From Escherichia phage vB_EcoM_ACG-C40: a stretch of 64,000 bases of DNA. Below the pieces are notes generated by a model. It did no database searches. It was not told where the DNA came from and saw only the letters and a list, made by a program, of their open reading frames with translations. Numbering within the stretch: position 1 is the stretch's first letter; each line of letters starts with the position of its first letter. This document shows, one piece after another, positions 52,067-63,693 of the stretch. Position numbers and translations under genes: made by a program. The stretch is from sequence record NC_019399.1. The stretch is one strand, 5' to 3'.

Positions 52067-55000
52067 ATGGCCGAGATTAAAAGAAAGTTCAGAGCAGAAG
52101 ATGGTCTGGACGCAGGTGGCGATAAAATAATCAACGTAGCTTTAGCTGATCGTACCGTAGGAACTGACGGTGTTAACGTTGATTACTTAATTCAAGAAAA
52201 CACAGTTCAGCAATATGATCCAACTCGTGGATATTTAAAAGATTTTGTAATCATTTATAATAATCGTTTTTGGGCAGCAACGGATAATATTCCAAAACCT
52301 GCTGGAAATTTTAATAGAATTCGTTGGAAAGCATTACGTACTGATGCCGTATATACAACCGTATCATCTGGACCATATCAATTAAAATCCGGAGAAGCAA
52401 TTTCAGTAGATACATCAGTTGGCAATGACATTGAGTTTACTTTACCATCTTCTCCGCTTAATGGAGAAACCGTAATAATTCAAGATATCGGTGGAAAACC
52501 TGGCATAAATCAGGTTAAAATAAATTCTTCAAATCAGAGTATTGTCAATTTTAGAGGTGAACAGGTACGTTCAGTTTTAATGACTCATCCAAAGTCACAG
52601 ATGGTATTCATTTTTAATAATCGTTTGTGGCAAATGTATATTGCTGATTATAGCAGAGAAGCTGCGATTGTTACTCCATCGACTGCGTATCAAGCACAAT
52701 CTAATGATTTTATCGTACGTAGATTTACTTCTGCTGCACCAATTAATGTTAAACTTCCGAGATTTGCTAATCATGGCGATATTATTAATTTCGTTGATTT
52801 AGATAAACTGAATCCACTTTATCATACAATTGTTACTACATACGATGAAACGACTTCAGTACAAGAAGTTGGAACTCATTCCATTGAAGGCCGTACATCG
52901 ATTAACGGTTTCTTGATGTTTGACGATAATGAGAAATTGTGGAGATTGTTTGACGGGGATAGTAAAGCACGTTTACGCATTATAACAACTAATTCAAATA
53001 TTCGTCCAAATGAAGAAGTCATGGTATTTGGCGCGAATAATAGAACAACCCAAACAATTGAACTTCAGCTTCCGACTGATATTTCTGTTGGTGATACTGT
53101 TAAAATTTCCATGAATTACATGAGAAAAGGACAAACAGTTAAAATCAAAGCTGCTGGTGAAGATAAAATTGCTTCTTCAGTTCAATTGCTGCAATTCCCA
53201 AAACGTTCAGAATATCCGCCTGAAGCTGAATGGGTAACAGTTCAAGAATTAGTTTTTAACGGTGAAACTAATTATGTTCCAGTTTTACAACTTGCTTATA
53301 TAGAAGATTCTGATGGAAAATACTGGGTTGTACAGCAAAACGTTCCAACTGTAGAAAGAGTAGACTCTTTAAATGCTTCTACTAGAGCAAGATTAGGCGT
53401 AATTGCTTTAGCTACGCAAGCTCAAGCAAATGCTGATTTAGAAAATTCTCCGCAAAAAGAATTGGCAATTACTCCAGAAACGTTAGCTAATCGTACTGCT
53501 ACAGAAACTCGCAGAGGTATCGCAAGAATAGCAACTACTGCTCAAGTAAATCAGAACACTACATTCTCTTTTGCTGATGACCTTATCATCACTCCTAAAA
53601 AGCTGAATGAAAGAACTGCTACAGAAACTCGCAGAGGTGTTGCTGAAATTGCTACGCAGCAGGAAACTAATACAGGTATCGATGATACTACAATCATCAC
53701 TCCTAAAAAGCTTCAAGCTCGTCAAGGTTCTGAATCATTATCTGGTATTGTAACTTTTGTATCTACCGCAGGAGCTACTCCAGCTTCTAGTCGTGAATTA
53801 AATGGTACGAATGTTTATAATAAAAACACTAATAATTTAGTTGTTTCACCTAAAGCTTTGGATCAGTATAAAGCTACTCCAACGCAACAAGGCGCAGTAA
53901 TTTTAGCAGTTGAAAGTGAAGTAATTGCTGGACAAAGCCAAGAAGGATGGGCAAATGCGGTTGTAACGCCAGAAACGTTACATAAAAAGACATCAACTGA
54001 TGGAAGAATTGGTTTAATTGAAATTGCTACGCAAAGTGAAGTTAATACAGGAACTGACTATACTCGTGCAGTCACTCCTAAAACTTTAAATGACCGTAGA
54101 GCAACTGAAAGTTTAAGTGGTATAGCTGAAATTGCTACGCAAGTTGAATTCGACGCAGGCGTCGACGATACTCGTATCTCTACACCATTAAAAATTAAAA
54201 CCAGATTTAATAGTACTGATCGTACTTCTGTTGTTGCTCTATCTGGATTAGTTGAATCAGGAACTCTCTGGGACCATTATACCCTTAATATTCTTGAAGC
54301 AAATGAGACACAGCGTGGTACACTTCGTGTAGCTACACAAGTTGAAGCTGCTGCAGGAACATTAGATAATGTTTTAATAACTCCTAAAAAGCTTTTAGGT
54401 ACTAAATCTACCGAATCGCAAGAAGGTGTTATTAAAGTTGCAACTCAGTCTGAAACTGTGACTGGAACGTCAGCAAATACTGCTGTATCTCCAAAAAATT
54501 TAAAATGGATTGTGCAGAGTGAACCTACTTGGGCAGCTACTACTGCGATAAGAGGTTTTGTTAAAACTTCATCTGGTTCAATTACATTCGTTGGTAATGA
54601 TACAGTCGGTTCTACACAAGATTTAGAACTGTATGAGAAAAATAGCTATGCAGTATCACCATATGAATTAAACCGTGTATTAGCAAATTATCTGCCGTTA
54701 AAAGCAAAAGCTGTAGATAGTAATTTATTGGATGGTCTAGATTCATCTCAGTTCATTCGTAGGGATATTGCACAGACGGTTAATGGTTCACTAACCTTAA
54801 CCCAACAAACGAATCTGAGTGCCCCTCTTGTATCATCTAGTACTGCTACGTTTGGTGGTTCAGTTTCGGCAAATAGTGTACTAACTATTTCTAATACTGG
54901 AACAGAAACTCATCTGATTTTTGAGAAAGGACCTCAAACTGGAACTAACCAAGCACAGACGGTGACTATTAGAGTGTGGGGTAATCAATTTAGTGGGGAA

Positions 55001-55936
55001 TCAGATACAACACGTTCTACTGTATTTGAAGTTGGTGATGAAACGTCTAATCACTTTTATTCTCAGCGCAATAAAGCTGGAAATATAACATTTAATATCA
55101 ACGGTACAGTAACACCTATAAATGTTAATGCTTCAGGAACATTGAATGCAAATGGTGTAGCAACATTTGGTAATTCAGTCACTGCAACTGGTGAAATTAT
55201 TTCTCGAAGCGCAAATGCTTTCCGTTCTATTAACGGAAATTATGGTTTCATTGTTCGCAATGATGGATCAGTAACGAATTTTATGCTTACTGCATCGGGT
55301 GATCAGACTGGCGGATTTAATGGATTGCGTCCTTTAGCTATTAATAATGCATCTGGCCAAGTAACGATTGGTGAAAGCTTAATCATTGTCAAAGGTGCTA
55401 CTATAACTTCAGGTGGTTTAACTGTTAACTCGAGAATTCGTTCTCAGGGTACTAAAACATCTGACTTATATACCCGTGCGCCAACATCTGATACTGTAGG
55501 ATTCTGGTCAATCGATATTAACGATTCAGCCACTTATAACCAGTTCCCGGGTTATTTTAAAATGGTTGAAAAAACTAATGAAGTGACTGGACTTCCATAC
55601 TTAGAACGTGGCGAAGAAGTTAAATCTCCTGGTACATTGACTCAGTTTGGTAATACACTTGATTCGCTTTACCAAGATTGGATTACTTATCCAACGACCC
55701 CAGAAGCGCGCACCACTCGCTGGACACGTACATGGCAGAAAACCAAAAACTATTGGTCAAGTTTTGTTCAGGTATTTGACGGAGGTAACCCTCCTCAACC
55801 ATCTGACATCGGTGCTTTACCATCTGATAATGCTATAATGGGTAATCTTACTATTCGCGATTTCTTACGAATTGGTAATGTTCGCATTATTCCTGACCCA
55901 GTGAATAAAACTGTTAAATTTGAATGGGTTGAATAA
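52067..55936 (+). CDS. 34: Long tail fibre proximal subunit gp34
   Basis: 1289-aa ORF, T4 length and position. Confidence 0.95.
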   Translation: MAEIKRKFRAEDGLDAGGDKIINVALADRTVGTDGVNVDYLIQENTVQQYDPTRGYLKDFVIIYNNRFWAATDNIPKPAGNFNRIRWKALRTDAVYTTVSSGPYQLKSGEAISVDTSVGNDIEFTLPSSPLNGETVIIQDIGGKPGINQVKINSSNQSIVNFRGEQVRSVLMTHPKSQMVFIFNNRLWQMYIADYSREAAIVTPSTAYQAQSNDFIVRRFTSAAPINVKLPRFANHGDIINFVDLDKLNPLYHTIVTTYDETTSVQEVGTHSIEGRTSINGFLMFDDNEKLWRLFDGDSKARLRIITTNSNIRPNEEVMVFGANNRTTQTIELQLPTDISVGDTVKISMNYMRKGQTVKIKAAGEDKIASSVQLLQFPKRSEYPPEAEWVTVQELVFNGETNYVPVLQLAYIEDSDGKYWVVQQNVPTVERVDSLNASTRARLGVIALATQAQANADLENSPQKELAITPETLANRTATETRRGIARIATTAQVNQNTTFSFADDLIITPKKLNERTATETRRGVAEIATQQETNTGIDDTTIITPKKLQARQGSESLSGIVTFVSTAGATPASSRELNGTNVYNKNTNNLVVSPKALDQYKATPTQQGAVILAVESEVIAGQSQEGWANAVVTPETLHKKTSTDGRIGLIEIATQSEVNTGTDYTRAVTPKTLNDRRATESLSGIAEIATQVEFDAGVDDTRISTPLKIKTRFNSTDRTSVVALSGLVESGTLWDHYTLNILEANETQRGTLRVATQVEAAAGTLDNVLITPKKLLGTKSTESQEGVIKVATQSETVTGTSANTAVSPKNLKWIVQSEPTWAATTAIRGFVKTSSGSITFVGNDTVGSTQDLELYEKNSYAVSPYELNRVLANYLPLKAKAVDSNLLDGLDSSQFIRRDIAQTVNGSLTLTQQTNLSAPLVSSSTATFGGSVSANSVLTISNTGTETHLIFEKGPQTGTNQAQTVTIRVWGNQFSGESDTTRSTVFEVGDETSNHFYSQRNKAGNITFNINGTVTPINVNASGTLNANGVATFGNSVTATGEIISRSANAFRSINGNYGFIVRNDGSVTNFMLTASGDQTGGFNGLRPLAINNASGQVTIGESLIIVKGATITSGGLTVNSRIRSQGTKTSDLYTRAPTSDTVGFWSIDINDSATYNQFPGYFKMVEKTNEVTGLPYLERGEEVKSPGTLTQFGNTLDSLYQDWITYPTTPEARTTRWTRTWQKTKNYWSSFVQVFDGGNPPQPSDIGALPSDNAIMGNLTIRDFLRIGNVRIIPDPVNKTVKFEWVE
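53384..54500 (+). repeat. In-frame tandem protein repeats inside gene 34
   Basis: About 7 units of a roughly 40-aa motif (e.g. TATETRRGIARIATTAQVN...TPKKL / TATETRRGVAEIATQQETNTG...TPKKL). Confidence 0.6.
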
Positions 55937-55944
55937 GAGGTATT

Positions 55945-57060
55945 ATGGAAAAATTTATGGCAGAGTTTGGACAAGGATATGTCCAAACGCCATTTTTATC
56001 GGAAAGTAATTCAGTAAGATACAAAATAAGTATAGCGGGTTCTTGCCCGCTTTCTACTGCAGGACCATACGTTAAATTTCAGGATAATCCTGTAGGAAGT
56101 CAAACATTTAGCGCAGGCCTTCATTTAAGAGTTTTTGACCCTTCTACGGGAGCATTAGTTGATAGTAAGTCATATGCTTTTTCTGCTTCAAACAATACAA
56201 CATCTGCCGCTTTTGTCAGTTTCATGAATTCTTTGTCAAACAATAGACTTGTTGCTATATTAACTAGCGGAAAGGTTAATTTTCCTCCTGAAGTGGTATC
56301 TTGGTTAAGGGGAGCAGGAACTTCAGTTTTTCCATCAGATTCAGTATTGTCAAGATTTGACGTGTCATATGCTGCTTTTTATACTTCTTCTAAAAGAGCT
56401 ATTGCATTAGAGCATGTTAAACTAAGTAATAGAAAAAGCACAGATGATTATCAAACTATTTTAGATGTTGTATTTGATAGTTTAGAAGACGTCGGAGCTA
56501 CAGGATTTCCTAAAAGAACATACGAAAGCGTTGAGCAATTTATGTCTGCGGTTGGAGGAACTAATAATGAAATTGCGCGATTGCCAACTTCAGCTGCTAT
56601 AAGTAAACTTTCTGACTATAATTTAATTCCTGGTGATGTTCTTTATCTTAAAGCACAACTATATGCTGATGCTGATTTACTTGATCTTGGAACTACAAAT
56701 ATATCTATTCGTTTTTATGATGCATCAAATGGATATATTTCCTCGACCCAAGCTGAGTTTACTGGGCAAGCTGGGTCTTGGGAATTAAAAGAAGATTATG
56801 TAGTTGTTCCTGAAAATGCAGTAGGATTTACGATATATGCACAAAGAACTGCTCAAGCAGGTCAAGGCGGCATGAGAAATTTAAGTTTTTCTGAAGTATC
56901 AAGAAATGGCGGCATTTCAAAACCTGCCGAATTTGGCGTCAACGGTATTCGCGTTAATTATGTCTGTGAATCGGCTTCACCTCCAGATATAATGGTACTT
57001 CCTACACAAGCCTCTTCTAAAACTGGCAAAGTGTTTGGACAGGAATTTAGAGAAGTTTAA
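55945..57060 (+). CDS. 35: Long tail fibre hinge protein gp35
   Basis: 371-aa ORF, T4 position. Confidence 0.9.
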   Translation: MEKFMAEFGQGYVQTPFLSESNSVRYKISIAGSCPLSTAGPYVKFQDNPVGSQTFSAGLHLRVFDPSTGALVDSKSYAFSASNNTTSAAFVSFMNSLSNNRLVAILTSGKVNFPPEVVSWLRGAGTSVFPSDSVLSRFDVSYAAFYTSSKRAIALEHVKLSNRKSTDDYQTILDVVFDSLEDVGATGFPKRTYESVEQFMSAVGGTNNEIARLPTSAAISKLSDYNLIPGDVLYLKAQLYADADLLDLGTTNISIRFYDASNGYISSTQAEFTGQAGSWELKEDYVVVPENAVGFTIYAQRTAQAGQGGMRNLSFSEVSRNGGISKPAEFGVNGIRVNYVCESASPPDIMVLPTQASSKTGKVFGQEFREV

Positions 57061-57065
57061 ACTGA

Positions 57066-57092
57066 GGGAGCCTTCGGGTTCCCTTTTTCTTT
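57066..57092 (+). terminator. Rho-independent terminator after gene 35
   Basis: GGGAGCC-TTCG-GGTTCCC followed by TTTTTCTTTAT. Confidence 0.7.
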
Positions 57093-57099
57093 ATAAATA
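57092..57099 (+). promoter_or_regulatory. Late promoter TATAAATA for gene 36
   Basis: Exact TATAAATA about 24 nt upstream of ATG 57123. Confidence 0.55.
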
Positions 57100-57122
57100 A
57101 TATTAAAATAAAGGGGCATATA

Positions 57123-57773
57123 ATGGCTGATTTAAAAGTAGGTTCAACTGTGGGTGGATCTGTCATTTGGCATCAAGGAAATTTTCCATTGAATTCAGCC
57201 GGTGACGATGTACTCTACAAATCATTTAAAATATATTCAGAATATAATAAACCGCAGGCAGCTGATAACGATTTCGTTTCTAAAGCTAATGGTGGTACTT
57301 ACGCCGGTCCAATTACTATTAATTACGGGGTAAATAGTTATCTTCAATTAAGTAATAATGAAACCCCTATCCGAATTCGTTCTGGTGGCGGCACTGGTAA
57401 TACTCTTGTAGTTGGTGGCTCTTCTGGCGGTATTAGTTTTAGACCAGCAGGTAGTGAAATCACTACTGGACAAATTACTATTACGCCAGAAGGTTTGACA
57501 ACATTTACCAAAGCTGTAACGGCTCCATCTGTAACTGTTACATCTACTCCTTCCGCAGCATCTGATGTTACTCGTAAAGATTATGTTGATGGAGCAATAA
57601 ATACTGTTACAGCAAATGCAAACTCTAGGGTATTACGCTCTGGAGACACTATGACAGGAAATTTAACTGCGCCAAACCTTTTTTCACAGAATCCTGCATC
57701 TCAACCTTCACACGTTCCACGATTTGACCAAATCGTAATTAAGGATTCTGTTCAAGATTTCGGCTATTATTAA
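57123..57773 (+). CDS. 36: Long tail fibre distal connector gp36
   Basis: 216-aa ORF, T4 position. Confidence 0.9.
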   Translation: MADLKVGSTVGGSVIWHQGNFPLNSAGDDVLYKSFKIYSEYNKPQAADNDFVSKANGGTYAGPITINYGVNSYLQLSNNETPIRIRSGGGTGNTLVVGGSSGGISFRPAGSEITTGQITITPEGLTTFTKAVTAPSVTVTSTPSAASDVTRKDYVDGAINTVTANANSRVLRSGDTMTGNLTAPNLFSQNPASQPSHVPRFDQIVIKDSVQDFGYY

Positions 57774-57781
57774 GAGGACTT

Positions 57782-60700
57782 ATGGCTACTTTAAAACAAA
57801 TACAATTTAAAAGAAGCAAAACTGCAGGTCAACGTCCTGCTGCTTCAGTATTAGCCGAAGGTGAATTGGCTATAAACTTAAAAGATAAAACAATTTTCAC
57901 AAAAGATGACTCAGGTAGTGTTATAGAATTAGGTTTAAAATATGGAGGAACTATAAATGGGTCTTTAGAGGTTACAGAAAATATAACTGGAACTTTAATT
58001 GGAAATTCTAGCACAGCTACTAAATTGCAAACACCTAGGAAAATTAATGGTATATCTTTTGATGGGTCAAAGGACATTACCTTAACTCCATCTGACATAA
58101 ATGTCAATAGCACAACATTTATAAAAAATAATGGCGAATTACCTACTGATGCTAATTTAGATACGTATGGGCCCATTGAAGAATATCTTGGTGTTTGGTC
58201 GAAATCTACTTCAACAAATGCGCAACCAGCAAATAAATTCCCAGAAGAAAATGCCGTAGGTGTACTAGAAGTATTTGTGGCCGGCCAATTTGCTGGCACT
58301 CAGCGTTATACTGTAAGATCTGGTAACGTCTATATTCGTTCCTTATCTGCTAAATGGAATGGCGTCGATGGTCCATGGGGTGTGTGGCGTAATGTTCAAG
58401 CGTCAACTCGTCCACTTTCACAAACGATTGACCTTGATAGCTTGGGAGAATTAGAACATTGTGGCTTATGGAGAAACAGTTCAAGCGCAATCGCATCATT
58501 TGATCGCCATTATCCAGAAGAAGGATCAGCCGCACAAGGATTTTTAGAAATATTTGAAGGTGGTTTATACACAAGAACGCAGCGTTATACTACCCGCATG
58601 GGTATGGTTTATACTCGTTGTCTCGCTGCTGCATGGGATGCTAGTGCACCTAAGTGGGAGGAATGGAAGCAGGTTGGTCATGGCACACCAGCGACTTTCT
58701 ATGATGGAGATCTGAATGATTTTAAAACTCCTGGGTTATATAACATTTTAGGCACTGATGCCGTTATTAACTGTCCTACTGGTGAAGGTTTACCAGCCGT
58801 TATTGTTGGTTTGCTGGAAGTTAAACAGCGTGCTTCTGGTGGTGCTATTTTCCAAAAATTTACTACTGCCGGAACGGGTGCAACTACTCGCGATCGTATT
58901 TTTGAGCGTGCATATACTGGTGGTGCGTGGGGTGCATGGAACGAAGTATATACATCTTATTCTCTTCCAATTACTTTGGGTATGGGTGGTATTAAAGCTC
59001 AATTAGCGGAGTTAGATTGGCAAACCTTTGATTTTGTTCCTGGTAGTATGTTTAGCGTTCCTTTGAACAAAATAAAGAACATGCCAGCAAATATGGATTG
59101 GGGGACGATTGACGGAAACCTGGTTATGTTTTCCGTTGGTCCTAGTGAACACACTAGCACAGGGCGTACTGTTCAGGTTTGGCGCGGTACTGTATCCCAG
59201 ACAAACTACCGTTATTTTGTCGTTCGTGTGTTCGGTAATTCTGGAAATAGAACTTGCACAGTCCGCCGTGTTGTTCTTGAAGATGGTCGCCACACATGGA
59301 CAGATCAACAAGATTTTAATGGTGCTGTTAACTTCGGTGCTCCTACCAATTTTAACTCTACTGTTAACCTTAATAACACTACCACATTTAAAACAGAAGT
59401 TAAATTCCGCTCATCTAATGCATTCCGTATGTATAGCGGAAAATTTGGTACAATTTTCCGTAATGATGGAGAGAGTCTTTATATTCTTTCCACCGACGAA
59501 AATGATCAAGATGGAAACTTTAATACAAATAGACCTTTCCGTTATGAATTAAGAACTGGTGATGTTACTTTGGGTGGTACTAGTGGTGCTAACGTTTTAA
59601 AATTAAAACGCGATTCTCTCACCGCATTTTTTGGTGGTGATATTAATATAAAAGGCTTGATGACTTTTGATGCCGGACGTTTAGGATCACGAGATTATTT
59701 TAAATTTAACCATTGGGGTGATAGTAATAATGCGCGCGATAACATTATTCAGTTAGAAGACAGCAAAGGCGTTCATTTTTCCACTGAACGTACTTTAGCG
59801 ACTGGTGCAATTAAAACTCGTTTCTTTGGCGAAACATTCACTGATGGTACATTATACCTAAATCAGATGAATAATAGCTCTGAACGATTCCATATCAATA
59901 ATTGGGGAAATTCAGAAGTTGGTCGCGCGGCAGTGATGGAAATCGGTGATTCCAAAGGTTATCACTTCTATACTGAACGCAGGACAGATAACAGTTTGGC
60001 GTTTGATGTTGCTGGCGCTTTTACTGTGCATGGACCTAACGGAATAACCATCAAAAACTCAGCGGGTGCACGCCATATCTGGTTTAAAGATGATAGCGAT
60101 ACAGAAAAGGCTGTTATTTGGGCGACCGATGATGGCATGTTACATATACGAAATAATAACGAGGGTTCATTTAGTCATCACTTCCAGGGCGCAATGATTA
60201 GACTGGAAGGGCGTGTTCCTTATGGTGCAGCAAAGGGGCTTCTCCGTGGTGAAGTTGATGGTGGTGCATATGTTGCATGGAGAGACCGCCCTGCTGGTTT
60301 GTTGGTTGACTGCCAGAAAAGTATTGACAGTGCTCATGCTGTTTGGAAAGCGGTTGATTGGGGGCGTCAATATATCGCTGCGATGGACGTTCATTGTCCG
60401 GGTGATGGTAATAATACCGCAGCCGCTGTTCTTCATGTTCAGGCTGCTGATTATCAATTCCACGCAAGCGGAGAATTTCATGCCACTGGTAACGGAAACT
60501 TTAACGATGTGTATATTCGTTCTGATCGTCGTCTTAAAGACAATATAGAAGATTATACCGGAAATGCGTTAAGTTTGATTGGTAAGCTGAAAGTGAAAAC
60601 TTACGATAAAGTTAAATCTCTTAAGGACCGTGAAATTATCGGTCATGAGATTGGCATTATCGCACAGGATTTACAAGAAATATTACCGGAAGCTGTGAAA

Positions 60701-60874
60701 TCTTCAAAAGTTGGCAATCTTGATAATCCAGACGATGTTCTGACAATTTCTAACTCGGCAGTGAATGCTCTTTTAATTAAGGCTATTCAGGAAATGAGTG
60801 AAGAAATTAAAGAATTGAAAACTCCTTTCTTTACTAAAATTGCTCGCAAAATTAGTAAATATTTTAAATTCTAA
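57782..60874 (+). CDS. 37: Long tail fibre distal subunit gp37 with C-terminal intramolecular chaperone domain
   Basis: 1030-aa ORF; C-terminal ...[26 protein letters not shown]...[15 protein letters not shown]... resembles the endosialidase-type autoproteolytic chaperone (S-D-x-R-x-K-x-N-I). Confidence 0.9.
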   Translation: MATLKQIQFKRSKTAGQRPAASVLAEGELAINLKDKTIFTKDDSGSVIELGLKYGGTINGSLEVTENITGTLIGNSSTATKLQTPRKINGISFDGSKDITLTPSDINVNSTTFIKNNGELPTDANLDTYGPIEEYLGVWSKSTSTNAQPANKFPEENAVGVLEVFVAGQFAGTQRYTVRSGNVYIRSLSAKWNGVDGPWGVWRNVQASTRPLSQTIDLDSLGELEHCGLWRNSSSAIASFDRHYPEEGSAAQGFLEIFEGGLYTRTQRYTTRMGMVYTRCLAAAWDASAPKWEEWKQVGHGTPATFYDGDLNDFKTPGLYNILGTDAVINCPTGEGLPAVIVGLLEVKQRASGGAIFQKFTTAGTGATTRDRIFERAYTGGAWGAWNEVYTSYSLPITLGMGGIKAQLAELDWQTFDFVPGSMFSVPLNKIKNMPANMDWGTIDGNLVMFSVGPSEHTSTGRTVQVWRGTVSQTNYRYFVVRVFGNSGNRTCTVRRVVLEDGRHTWTDQQDFNGAVNFGAPTNFNSTVNLNNTTTFKTEVKFRSSNAFRMYSGKFGTIFRNDGESLYILSTDENDQDGNFNTNRPFRYELRTGDVTLGGTSGANVLKLKRDSLTAFFGGDINIKGLMTFDAGRLGSRDYFKFNHWGDSNNARDNIIQLEDSKGVHFSTERTLATGAIKTRFFGETFTDGTLYLNQMNNSSERFHINNWGNSEVGRAAVMEIGDSKGYHFYTERRTDNSLAFDVAGAFTVHGPNGITIKNSAGARHIWFKDDSDTEKAVIWATDDGMLHIRNNNEGSFSHHFQGAMIRLEGRVPYGAAKGLLRGEVDGGAYVAWRDRPAGLLVDCQKSIDSAHAVWKAVDWGRQYIAAMDVHCPGDGNNTAAAVLHVQAADYQFHASGEFHATGNGNFNDVYIRSDRRLKDNIEDYTGNALSLIGKLKVKTYDKVKSLKDREIIGHEIGIIAQDLQEILPEAVKSSKVGNLDNPDDVLTISNSAVNALLIKAIQEMSEEIKELKTPFFTKIARKISKYFKF

Positions 60875-60910
60875 CAACAAGGGGGAAATGCCCCCTTTGG
60901 AGTATAAATT

Positions 60911-61711
60911 ATGGCAGTAGTTGGTGTTCCTGGTTGGATTGGAAGTTCAGCCGCAAATGAAACAGGACAGCGCTGGATGAGTCAAGCGGCTGGTCAATTA
61001 AGATTGGGTGTTCCTTGCTGGATGAGTCAATTTGCAGGTCGCTCACGAGAAATTATTCACACGCTTGGAGCAGACCATAACTTCAATGGTCAATGGTTCC
61101 GAGATAGATGTTTTGAGGCAGGTAGTGCACCTATAGTATTTAATATTACAGGTGATTTAGTATCATATTCTAAAGATGTACCGCTTTTCTTTATGTATGG
61201 TGACACTCCTAACGAATACGTTGTCCTTAATATTCATGGTGGTGTCCATATGTGGGGTCGAGGTGGTAATGGTGGATACACTCACTCAGGTGGAGATGGT
61301 AACGGTACACAAGGCGGTCATGTTATTCAAAATGATATCGGTGGACGGCTTCGTATTTGGAACTACGGTGTTATAGCTGCTGGCGGTGGTGGCGGTGGTG
61401 GTATTGCATATCGTCCACACTCAGGGGCAAACTGGCAAGATATCGGTGGCGGTGGCGGTCGACCTTTCGGTGGTGCAGGTGGTGGTGGTTATTCCGGTGG
61501 CGCTGCTTCTTATGAAGGTCCGGGTGGTGGTTATGACTATGGTAACGCACACTCCGGCGCAGGTGGTAATGCTGGTGCTGCTGGTCAGAATGCATGGTCT
61601 GACGGCGGTAAAGTTCTTAAAGTTGGTGTTGGTGGTGCGTCTGGTCATGCAGTGTTTGGGTCTTCTCCAACTTGGGGTGCTGTTGGAACAATTTACGGAC
61701 CAAGAGTATAA
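60911..61711 (+). CDS. 38: T2-type gp38 tail fibre adhesin with glycine-rich motifs
   Basis: 266-aa ORF with several poly-Gly stretches separated by short variable segments ([40 protein letters not shown]...); unlike the 183-aa T4 gp38 chaperone. Confidence 0.85.
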   Translation: MAVVGVPGWIGSSAANETGQRWMSQAAGQLRLGVPCWMSQFAGRSREIIHTLGADHNFNGQWFRDRCFEAGSAPIVFNITGDLVSYSKDVPLFFMYGDTPNEYVVLNIHGGVHMWGRGGNGGYTHSGGDGNGTQGGHVIQNDIGGRLRIWNYGVIAAGGGGGGGIAYRPHSGANWQDIGGGGGRPFGGAGGGGYSGGAASYEGPGGGYDYGNAHSGAGGNAGAAGQNAWSDGGKVLKVGVGGASGHAVFGSSPTWGAVGTIYGPRV

Positions 61712-61741
61712 TTTGAATAAATATCCTTAAAAGGAGGGTCT

Positions 61742-62398
61742 ATGGCAGCACCTAGAATATCATTTTCGCCCTCTGATATTCTATTTGGTGTTCTAGATCG
61801 CTTGTTCAAAGATAATGCTACCGGGAAAGTTCTTGCTTCCCGGGTAGCTGTTGTAATTCTTTTGTTTATAATGGCGATTGTTTGGTATAGGGGAGATAGT
61901 TTCTTTGAGTACTATAAGCAATCAAAGTATGAAACATACAGCGAAATTATTGAAAAGGAAAGAAATGCACGCTTTGAATCTGTCGCCCTGGAACAACTCC
62001 AGATAGTTCATATATCATCTGAGGCAGACTTTAGTGCGGTATATTCTTTCCGCCCTAAAAACTTAAACTATTTTGTTGATATTATAGCATACGAAGGAAA
62101 ATTACCTTCAACAATAAGCGAAAAATCACTTGGAGGATATCCTGTTGATAAAACTATGGATGAATATGCAGTTCATTTAAATGGACGTCATTATTATTCC
62201 GACTCAAAATTTGCTTTTTTACCAACTAAAAAGCCTACTCCCGAAATAAACTACATGTACAGTTGTCCATATTTTAATTTGGATAATATCTATGCTGGAA
62301 CGATAACCATGTACTGGTATAGAAATGATCATATAAGTAATGACCGCCTTGAATCAATATGTGCTCAGGCGGCCAGAATATTAGGAAGGGCTAAATAA
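61742..62398 (+). CDS. t: Holin T
   Basis: 218-aa ORF starting MAAPRISFSPSDILFGVLDRLFKDNATGKVLASRVAVVILLFIMAIVWY, single N-terminal TM segment. Confidence 0.95.
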   Translation: MAAPRISFSPSDILFGVLDRLFKDNATGKVLASRVAVVILLFIMAIVWYRGDSFFEYYKQSKYETYSEIIEKERNARFESVALEQLQIVHISSEADFSAVYSFRPKNLNYFVDIIAYEGKLPSTISEKSLGGYPVDKTMDEYAVHLNGRHYYSDSKFAFLPTKKPTPEINYMYSCPYFNLDNIYAGTITMYWYRNDHISNDRLESICAQAARILGRAK

Positions 62399-62671
62399 TT
62401 ATTTGTTCGTATACATTTCTAGATATCGATATACACCCTCAAAACCCTCGTTGAATTCATCGATGAGGGTTTTCTTATCTTCTTGAGTTAATTCAGAAAC
62501 AATTTTACGAAATGAATTCTGATTTAACTTTCTACCTTCATGCGTTACTCCAATCTCATTAAGAAATGCAATAAAATTAGCACGATTCTCAACAATATCT
62601 TCTCTGGAAAATTTAATCAAAATAGATGCAACAGTAATAATTTCACGAACTGTATCAATGTTTTTATTCAT
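62399..62671 (-). CDS. asiA: Anti-sigma-70 factor AsiA
   Basis: 90-aa ORF MNKNIDTVREIITVASILIKFSREDIVENRANFIAFLNEIG... Confidence 0.95.
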   Translation of the reverse strand: MNKNIDTVREIITVASILIKFSREDIVENRANFIAFLNEIGVTHEGRKLNQNSFRKIVSELTQEDKKTLIDEFNEGFEGVYRYLEMYTNK

Positions 62672-62683
62672 TAACTATACCAC

Positions 62684-62836
62684 TCAATTAGTTGACTTTG
62701 TTATAATATCATCAGACGCTTGATTTGTAAACTGGTCTGTGTTATTTTCTTCAAAAATTTTTTCTACGAATTCCTTGAACGACTCGCGTTCCTGAGCTAC
62801 ATTATGCTCGATTACCATTTCAAGATTATGACTCAT
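62684..62836 (-). CDS. Hypothetical 50-aa acidic protein (asiA.1 position)
   Basis: ATG 62836 overlaps the arn stop as ATGA; MSHNLEMVIEHNVAQERESFKEF... Confidence 0.4.
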   Translation of the reverse strand: MSHNLEMVIEHNVAQERESFKEFVEKIFEENNTDQFTNQASDDIITKSTN

Positions 62837-63111
62837 TCGAAATAATCTTCAATTTCGTAATCATGGACATAAATCATTATAGTTTTTAATACATCATCAA
62901 TACTTTTTCCTGGAGCTGGAATTACGTAAAAATATCCTGCTTTTGAGAGGTCTTTATAAGTTCCAATCAAGAAATCATTATTCTCAAGATGTAACTCTTC
63001 AACTAATTCATTGACAATTGAATGGTATAGGTTTGGTAGAAACTTATATAGCTTTTCTAGAATATCAATTTTGATTGTGTATTGAACCACGGACTGAGAA
63101 TCAATAATCAT
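62833..63111 (-). CDS. arn: Arn-like protein (anti-restriction nuclease, inhibitor of McrBC in T4)
   Basis: 92-aa ORF at the T4 arn position downstream of asiA. Confidence 0.7.
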   Translation of the reverse strand: MIIDSQSVVQYTIKIDILEKLYKFLPNLYHSIVNELVEELHLENNDFLIGTYKDLSKAGYFYVIPAPGKSIDDVLKTIMIYVHDYEIEDYFE

Positions 63112-63194
63112 AGACCTTCCCCTTATGTTTCTGTTTGCGATTAGATTCTTTAAACGCTTTCTTCTTATCCTTATGAACAGAAGCTTTATTAAAA

Positions 63195-63413
63195 TTATGT
63201 TTTGCGACTAAATTGTTCATAGTGCTGAATTACCTCTCTTAAACATTTGCATGTGAATGAAAACTTTTTAGCTACACCACATTCAAATATATGTTCTCTT
63301 AAATCACGTGTATCAGTATATCCCATCTCAACAATAAAATGCCTTATTAGATTTTTATCTTTATCATTGAGAGAATTAAAATAATCAGATTTTGAATTAA
63401 TTTCCCTGGCCAA
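63195..63413 (-). CDS. Hypothetical protein (arn.x-like)
   Basis: 72-aa ORF. Confidence 0.45.
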   Translation of the reverse strand: MAREINSKSDYFNSLNDKDKNLIRHFIVEMGYTDTRDLREHIFECGVAKKFSFTCKCLREVIQHYEQFSRKT

Positions 63414-63693
63414 ATTGAATCACCTTCAGTTGACGTTTTAGTTCTTTTATCATTTCTTCGTTCATCGCAATATAAAGATCGCGTAAAGCAGGTTTTAACA
63501 TTCCATTTACTGGAGAACTAAATGGACATACATAATCTTTTCCTACGAGCTTTTTGGTGAATTCCATATCACAGAACTGAAATGCCGGTTCATTGGCATA
63601 AATTCCCCAATTAGTTGACATCATTTTATTGGCATATTCCAACGCCTGGATTTGATTCTTAATTCCATCAATTTGAAACTTTTTAATATTCAT
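63397..63693 (-). CDS. Hypothetical protein (arn.x-like)
   Basis: 98-aa ORF. Confidence 0.45.
   Translation of the reverse strand: MNIKKFQIDGIKNQIQALEYANKMMSTNWGIYANEPAFQFCDMEFTKKLVGKDYVCPFSSPVNGMLKPALRDLYIAMNEEMIKELKRQLKVIQFGQGN

Noticed and set aside
61371-61648. His-rich and Thr-rich minus-strand ORFs, and the idea that the GGT-rich repeats are a CRISPR-like or satellite array
   Set aside because: They lie inside gene 38; the repeats are codons of the poly-Gly motifs of the adhesin, with no regular repeat-spacer structure.
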